DNA of 32,000 nt. Origin: Nostoc punctiforme PCC 73102 (GTDB lineage: Bacteria; Cyanobacteriota; Cyanobacteriia; Cyanobacteriales; Nostocaceae). The position numbers and the translations under genes were made by a program. A model generated the notes under the pieces. That model worked only from the letters and a program-made list of their open reading frames with translations. It searched no databases and was not told where the DNA came from. Positions 26,774 to 32,000 of this stretch are shown here, piece after piece; positions within the stretch are counted from its first letter, which is position 1, and the number at the start of each line of letters is the position of its first letter. The DNA is taken from the NCBI RefSeq assembly GCF_000020025.1, contig NC_010628.1, positions 180,001 through 212,000 of the forward strand, written 5' to 3'.

Positions 26774-27780
26774 TAGAGTTGTCGGGAAATAAAAGATAAG
26801 TGAGGCAATGCTGGTCTTGTAATTGGGATTCTCTTAAGCAGCCATCAAGTAGAAGTTCCATAATCCTGCTGCGGTCAGCATCAAATGGTCATCAAAGTTT
26901 TCAATCCGATTACGATAAATGACACTGGCGGCGTTGTAGCGCTTCACACCAGCAAAGGCATTTTCGCAAACTACACGGGATTGACTCAATTGACGATTCT
27001 CCGTTTTTTGAAGGTCACTTAACTTGCCCCCTTTGGGCTTTTTGTGAGGAAGATGGAGATTGTCATACTGCTTCTGTAATCCCTGAAAGCCCGAGTCTAC
27101 TTCAATCGGAATTTCATCAGGCACACTACCTGCAATGTCATCTTCGTCATGAAAACGTTTGTCATGCAGTTTGCCTTCTCGTGCTTTGCTTAAGATCAAG
27201 ACCCGTTTGGTTTCATCAACTGCTCTTCCAAGTGTTTACGCGTATGACGTTTCTTTTTACCGGAGTAATTCTGTTGTTGTTGTTCTCTTTCTTGAGGTCG
27301 CGCAATTGGGCGTTCTGTCCCATCAATCATCACTCGTTGCACTCCTGGAAAGCGTGACAAAAATGCTTCAATGCTTTCGAGATGGCGTTCCGGCAGCGCC
27401 ATCTTCTGTCCCAAAGCCGCTTCTAATATTGGCTGCAATCGATGCATCCACTCATGTGCCTGGGAGCGATGCATATCAAAGAGCAGTCCCGCCACATCAA
27501 AGGTCGGATAACATTTGAAATAGAAAAGGATGAAAAACAATTTGTCTTGGGCTGTAAGTAAGCGGGCTTTGCGTCCTCCACCCAGGCCACGTTGACGAGG
27601 CTTGGCCTGTTGAGTATCTAGGTACATCGTGGTAAACGTGGGCAAAAGGGCATCAAATGCTTTCCGGTTCAACCCAGTTAATGCCCTCAACAGTCGGTCT
27701 TGCTTCAGCGCACCTTCAATATTCAGCATCATTCTTCCCTACCACTGCTGTCTATTCTCTCTTATTTCCCGACAAGTCTA
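26774..27780 (-). mobile_element. IS5-family-like insertion sequence (PIF/Harbinger-type DDE_Tnp_4 transposase), about 1 kb
   Basis: Terminal inverted repeats: tagaGttgtcgggaaataa (26774-26792) versus the reverse complement of ttatttcccgacaaGtcta (27762-27780). They enclose the two transposase ORF halves. Confidence 0.75.
26834..27732 (-). pseudogene. DDE_Tnp_4-type transposase split by a 1-nt frame change
   Basis: ORF 27196-27732 carries the first catalytic region (MIDGTERPIARP ... YSGKKKRHTRKH). ORF 26834-27199 carries EVDSGFQG and RVVCENAFAGVKRY. The second frame is open back to 27235, reading TLGRAVDETKRVLILSKAREGK, so the frame break is around 27225-27240. Confidence 0.7.
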
Positions 27781-27902
27781 TTTAAATCAAAAATAAATTT
27801 ACTAACCAATTTTTGTCAAAAATACTACTTATTTTATATTGTAAGTGCGTAGATTTAGAGCATCGTATCTACAGCTACGCATCTACACACCTGGCCAACC
27901 TA

Positions 27903-29585
27903 CTACTGTAAACGCCAAACTTCTTTTAGGTGATGAATTAGCTGTTCCTGGCGCTTAGTGAGAACTTCAGCCGTCCATTCTTTTTCCATTAACACTTGTG
28001 TCGTTAGCGCAAAATTACAAATACCCGCTCTAGTTGTGAAATACTTCTGCTTTTTCAGGTCAAAGTCGTAGTTGTTCGCTTGAGCATTTTTAGAGGAAGA
28101 GAGCAAAACTAAATTTCCTATACGATGGACATATTTATCACGTTCTTCTTGGCTAGGAAATGATTGTACCCACATACTATCGGAGGTAGGATTTTGAGGT
28201 AGTACATGCTCAACACTAATATTACAGAAGTTATATGAAGCTTTTCCTTCTGAGAGTGCAGCATCTAAACGCAGTAAAACATAAAGTCGAATTTTTCTAA
28301 TTAAATAAAGGTCATCATTTAGGATTTTGAGAATACGCGTCTGTTCTTCAGGTTTCAGTTGCAGAGGTGAATAAGGTGCGTACAAATCTTCTCCAACCTC
28401 GATAGCATATAGTAACTTGCTGTAACGTTCTATTCGTTCATTAATATTATTCCGTTGAATCATTAGACCTGAAGCTAGGCGATCTAAATCTGTGAAAAAC
28501 CGTAATAACAATTCAGGATTGCTGTAATTGCGAGAGAGATATAAAATAGCTGGAGGTATCCAATCAGAATTATCAATCAAGTGTAACCATCTAAACTTTT
28601 GATTTACTTCTTCTTCTAAGATATCACTGTGATAGGCTAGATTATTAATGTCATAAAAAGCCTCAGCATAAGGAATTAGTATTTTATCAATTAACTGTTG
28701 AGGTGCATTAATTGGTTTAACGTCATTCAGGAATTCCTTAAGTATACTTTCGCGCGGCTTGGATTTTATGTGAATCATTCTGATGTGAGAAAATAGGCTC
28801 TTAAATATATCGCGTCCTAGTTTCTCTTCCGTTTCTTCCCACTTAGCACTGTATTTTTCCTGTTGTTCAAGGGAAATCTTACCGATAATTTCTGCTTTCA
28901 AAATATCAGCATGACACAGATCCATGCCTCGATTATTGATTACAGAAAATATTCTGTATGCAGAGTCAATATCTGGAGTTGCAACTACTACTAAGAAACA
29001 TCTTTTAATGATAAATTGAGTAAGCCGTAGAAGCTGATTATTAGTAAAGCTTTGTAAGCGATTTATAAACAATAATGTATTATCTTTGAAATTTTTACGA
29101 CTATCTGATAGTTTAGCAGTATGTAAATTTTTCAGCTTATCAATACCACCTTCATCCTGAATATATTCCTTGAAAAACTGTGCATCTCGCTCACGCACAG
29201 TCAAACGATAAACGTTATCATTAGGATCAAAATCATCTTCTTGATAAAGATATTTTGTTAATATATGTATGTTTTCTTTGGAAACTGATGCCCGTAAAGC
29301 AGCCAGCAATACAGTAAGTGTAGTCAAACGCTGTTGACCATCCACGACTTGGGCATCTGGTTTATCTCCTTTGATGAGTACGATATTTCCTAAAAAATAC
29401 GGGTTTATATCATCAATTTTATCGTCACTATCTCCCAACGCAGTGACCAAATCTTCAAGCAGTTCTCCTGCTTGCTCCGTTGTCCAGGCATAGGGGCGTT
29501 GATATAAAGGAATAGTGAAGATAAAATCATTGCTAAATATTTTAGAGATAGGATAATCATTAGCCTGAAGTTTAACCGCGCTCAT
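27903..29585 (-). CDS. GmrSD-family type IV restriction enzyme (DUF262 N-terminal domain plus DUF1524 His-Me nuclease domain)
   Basis: N-terminal motifs LYQRPYAW and VVDGQQRLTTLTVLL. C-terminal motifs VEHVLPQNP ... IGNLVLLSSSKNAQANN (DUF1524-type). ATG at 29585 is preferred over the GTG at 29642. Confidence 0.85.
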   Translation of the reverse strand: MSAVKLQANDYPISKIFSNDFIFTIPLYQRPYAWTTEQAGELLEDLVTALGDSDDKIDDINPYFLGNIVLIKGDKPDAQVVDGQQRLTTLTVLLAALRASVSKENIHILTKYLYQEDDFDPNDNVYRLTVRERDAQFFKEYIQDEGGIDKLKNLHTAKLSDSRKNFKDNTLLFINRLQSFTNNQLLRLTQFIIKRCFLVVVATPDIDSAYRIFSVINNRGMDLCHADILKAEIIGKISLEQQEKYSAKWEETEEKLGRDIFKSLFSHIRMIHIKSKPRESILKEFLNDVKPINAPQQLIDKILIPYAEAFYDINNLAYHSDILEEEVNQKFRWLHLIDNSDWIPPAILYLSRNYSNPELLLRFFTDLDRLASGLMIQRNNINERIERYSKLLYAIEVGEDLYAPYSPLQLKPEEQTRILKILNDDLYLIRKIRLYVLLRLDAALSEGKASYNFCNISVEHVLPQNPTSDSMWVQSFPSQEERDKYVHRIGNLVLLSSSKNAQANNYDFDLKKQKYFTTRAGICNFALTTQVLMEKEWTAEVLTKRQEQLIHHLKEVWRLQ

Positions 29586-29815
29586 ATATACCTGCTTTAG
29601 TGATGTAGTAGATTGCACTTTGACTAAACTTAGTTTTCCCACTAAAAACAGTAATATTTGAATGCATATAATTTTTTTATAGAACCTGGATACATCAAAA
29701 AGCCAAACAAAATGATGTCAAAATCTATCTACATATAGATTTGAGGCTATTTTATAGGTGTTTGTTCTTTGTCGAATACCAATTCAATTAATGATTGCAA
29801 CACATCCTTGGGTCA

Positions 29816-29997
29816 AGACGCGATTCATCGCGTCTCTACAAATGGTCTATTTGTCGCATTCTTTTTTCCAATTGGTATAAGTCCCACTAATCGGGTGACG
29901 GGGATTAGTGGCGTAAAAGCATTACGCTAATAGCAGTTTCTCATGGGCGAAACCGGACTCTTCTGCGGATTGCTTCACCGTAATGCACTGGCTCGCC
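29816..29997. repeat. Cluster of short hairpins and dispersed-repeat-like sequences
   Basis: agacgcgat-tc-atcgcgtct (29816-29835). ccactaatc/gattagtgg (29884-29911). gcgtaa/ttacgc (29911-29927). 29941-29997 shares GAGCCAGTGC and TGAAGCAA, in the same order on the opposite strand, with the 56-nt insertion at 31810-31865. Confidence 0.4.
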
Positions 29998-30098
29998 TGC
30001 AAAACAGCATATTTTTTTGAATGGCAAGTCTATAATATGGGATGCTAACAGCGATCGCACACCATTAAATCCCTACAAATTTTGATTTATCAAAAATT

Positions 30099-30140
30099 AA
30101 AAATAGCGCTAGCCTAATCACAGGCTGGCGCTATTTTTTT
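30099..30140 (-). terminator. Strong bidirectional rho-independent terminator downstream of the GlsB/YeaQ-family gene
   Basis: 16-bp stem aaaaatagcgctagcc (30099-30114) / ggctggcgctattttt (30123-30138) with one G-U pair, flanked by A and T runs. Confidence 0.75.
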
Positions 30141-30206
30141 GATTTAATTCACGATAGTTAAATAAGTTTCCTAAATTACTTTCAGTTATTGTCCGCAATT
30201 ATGCTT

Positions 30207-30479
30207 TTAGACTGCACTGCGATTTGTTAATAAATTCCAGAGGAAAACTGCAACAATTGCACCCAGAACTGCTACTGCAATACCCGGGATACTTAGAGTT
30301 GGAGCTGCTAAACTTAACGTTCCTGTACTGAAAAATACTCCTAGACTACCACCAACAAAAGCGCCGATGATTCCTAATAAGATTGTTCCTAGAATACCGC
30401 CACCTTGATGACCGGGGTAGATAGCTTTAGCGATCGCACCAGCAATTAGACCTAAAACAATCCAAGCAAGAATATTCAT
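30207..30479 (-). CDS. GlsB/YeaQ/YmgE-family (transglycosylase-associated) small membrane protein
   Basis: 90 aa. Gly-rich TM helices MNILAWIVLGLIAGAIAK...GGGILGTILLGIIGAFVGG are typical of this family. Confidence 0.8.
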   Translation of the reverse strand: MNILAWIVLGLIAGAIAKAIYPGHQGGGILGTILLGIIGAFVGGSLGVFFSTGTLSLAAPTLSIPGIAVAVLGAIVAVFLWNLLTNRSAV

Positions 30480-30657
30480 TGTTATTAATTCGGTAAACGT
30501 TTTTCACTCACGAATACATATTAGACCTCTTGCTCTTTTGAATCCATCTACCATCAGAATCAATCATTAATATCCATAAGGAATAGTTTAATTGCAACTA
30601 GGCTTTGTTGATATATACCGCCACTTCAGGTAGATAATCGCTAAAAAAAGATCAATT

Positions 30658-30691
30658 AAAAAAAGCTCCTAATAGGTCTTGAATTAGGAGC
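30658..30691 (-). terminator. Orphan minus-strand rho-independent terminator
   Basis: gctcctaat (30665-30673) / attaggagc (30683-30691) with a 9-nt loop. On the minus strand the stem is followed by seven T (A-run 30658-30664). No minus-strand gene lies immediately upstream, since the IS630 element sits there. Confidence 0.45.
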
Positions 30692-30895
30692 CGATCAAAC
30701 TATTGCTTGGTAATTGCAGTATATGGCTTTTTAATTAGGTCTCTCCTCTACTAGAAGAATTAAGCTGAGTTTTCAAAGACTGTCTCTAAAGTAATGTAAA
30801 GGAGCAAAATCAGGCAATTGCTACTAGTAGTGTACCAAGGTAACTTTGCTAAGTAAAACCTCTAATTGGTAAAATAGCCAAAAACGGGGTGTAAC

Positions 30896-31336
30896 ATGGC
30901 AAAAAAGTACATTGTTGACTTGAATGAAGATGAAGTTTCCCAACTGCAATCGATAATTAAGAAAGGTAAGCATAAGGCAAGAACCATAAGCCGTGCAAAC
31001 ATTCTTTTGATGGCTTCCGAAGGAGAAACGGATCAAGCGATCGCTAGCATAGTTAGAGCGCATGTTGCAACAGTGCAACGAATACGAGAAAAATTTGTCA
31101 TTGGAGGGTTAGATTTTGCTTTAAAGGATGAAGTTCATCCACCAAAACATAAAAAATTAGATGAAAAGCAAGAAGCATTTTTGATTGCAACAGCTTGTTC
31201 TAATCCGCCAGAAGGAAGAGTGCGTTGGACAATGCAATTATTAGCAGATCATTTAGTGAACGTTGGTATCATAGATTCAATCTCAGATGAAACAGTACGT
31301 CAAACTTTAAAAAAAATGAAATTAAGCCTTGGTTGA
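30896..31336 (+). CDS. IS630 transposase OrfA (HTH DNA-binding part)
   Basis: [38 protein letters not shown]... is the typical IS630 N-terminus. It ends just after the A8 run at 31309-31316. Confidence 0.8.
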   Translation: MAKKYIVDLNEDEVSQLQSIIKKGKHKARTISRANILLMASEGETDQAIASIVRAHVATVQRIREKFVIGGLDFALKDEVHPPKHKKLDEKQEAFLIATACSNPPEGRVRWTMQLLADHLVNVGIIDSISDETVRQTLKKMKLSLG

Positions 31337-32000
31337 AAGAACAATGGTGTATTCCTGAAGTTAACGCAGAATATGTTTTCCGAATGGAAGATGTGCTGGA
31401 TTTATACAATGAGCCTTATGATCCTAAACGCCCTGTAGTCTGCTTTGATGAACGTCCATACCAATTAGTAGAAGAAGTAAGACTTCCTTTGCCACCACAG
31501 CCAGAGCAACCTGAACGTTATGATTTTGAGTATAAACGTAACGGGACAGTAAATTTATTCGCATGTTTTCAACCCTTGGCTGGATGGCGGCATATCGAAG
31601 TTACAGAACGTCGAACTAAAGCCGATTTTGCTAAACAAATGAAAAATTTAGTAGATGTTTCCTACCGAGATGCCGATGTTATTCGTTTAGTAGTTGATAA
31701 CTTGAATATTCATACACCCAATGCATTATATGAAGTTTTTCCACCAGAAGAAGCACGTCGAATTATTCAAAAGTTAGAGTTTCACTATACTCCTAAACAC
31801 GCTTCTTGGTGAGCCAGTGCGTTGGGCGGGTTCCCCGACTTGAAGCAACTGGCGAACCCGAAGGGCTGAATCAGGTAGAAATCGAATTATCTGTTTTATC
31901 TCGCCAATGTTTAGAACGGCGTATTCCTAATGCAGAAACATTAACTTCTGAGATTGCCGCTTGGGAGAAAAAACGTAATCAGCAAAAAGCTAGTGTTTAT
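31309..32000 (+). pseudogene. IS630 transposase OrfB (DDE domain), reached by a -1 shift on A8 and then interrupted by a 56-nt insertion
   Basis: The -1 frame over the A-run reads ...[17 protein letters not shown], the canonical IS630 junction. The ORF stops at 31812 after ...YTPKHASW. The expected continuation LNQVEIELSVLSRQCLERRIPNAETLTSEIAAWEKKRNQQKASV resumes at 31866 in another frame. Confidence 0.75.
31810..31865. repeat. 56-nt small dispersed-repeat-like insertion inside the IS630 transposase gene
   Basis: tgagccagtgcgttgggcgggttccccgacttgaagcaactggcgaacccgaaggg separates the codons for W and L of the conserved HASW|LNQVEIE motif. Confidence 0.7.

Larger units (their letters stand above)
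30826..32000 (+). mobile_element. IS630-family insertion sequence (partial; runs off the window)
   Basis: OrfA HTH plus OrfB DDE organisation, with a typical IS630 C-terminal sequence. The left end is not determined. 30826 is a guess at a TA followed by gtagtgtacc. Confidence 0.7.

Noticed and set aside
27159-27518. 119-aa plus-strand ORF inside the IS5-like element
   Set aside because: It is antisense to the transposase reading frames, which carry recognisable DDE_Tnp_4 motifs.
30824-31078. 84-aa minus-strand ORF overlapping IS630 OrfA
   Set aside because: It is antisense to a recognisable IS630 HTH ORF and has no features of its own.

Overview
This window looks like chromosome from a filamentous, Nostocales-type cyanobacterium. 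The octamer GCGATCGC (HIP1) is frequent, for example at 979-986 and 1468-1475. There are STRR-like heptamer tandem repeats, and the petC-petA operon is present.

The left 8 kb is ordinary housekeeping: petCA, a DUF3067-like gene, an operon of lipoprotein, Nramp-like transporter and two PRC-barrel proteins, a tRNA-binding protein, tatC, and an SDR oxidoreductase.

From about 8.2 kb the window becomes accessory-rich:
- a repeat-laden intergenic region
- a translationally coupled pair: a 445-aa P-loop ATPase and a 1716-aa STAND-type NTPase with coiled coil, one TM helix and 14 near-identical WD40 repeats
- a strongly AT-rich, HIP1-free two-gene cassette: a minimal Pol-beta-type nucleotidyltransferase plus a stand-alone DUF262/ParB-like protein
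- a Uma2-family endonuclease, a HigB/HigA-like toxin-antitoxin pair, and a decayed DUF433/DUF5615 pair
- tRNA-Arg(CCU) and tocopherol cyclase
- tandem J-domain/TPR paralogs, one fused to a 7-bladed WD40 propeller
- tandem metallophosphoesterase paralogs
- a frame-shifted IS5-like element, a GmrSD-type (DUF262+DUF1524) type IV restriction enzyme, a GlsB/YeaQ-family membrane protein, and an IS630-family element that carries a 56-nt insertion

The two best candidates for an undescribed system are the nucleotidyltransferase-DUF262 cassette (15.5-17.2 kb) and the ATPase plus giant STAND-WD40 operon (9.0-15.5 kb). All functional calls come from motif recognition by eye. No database search was run.
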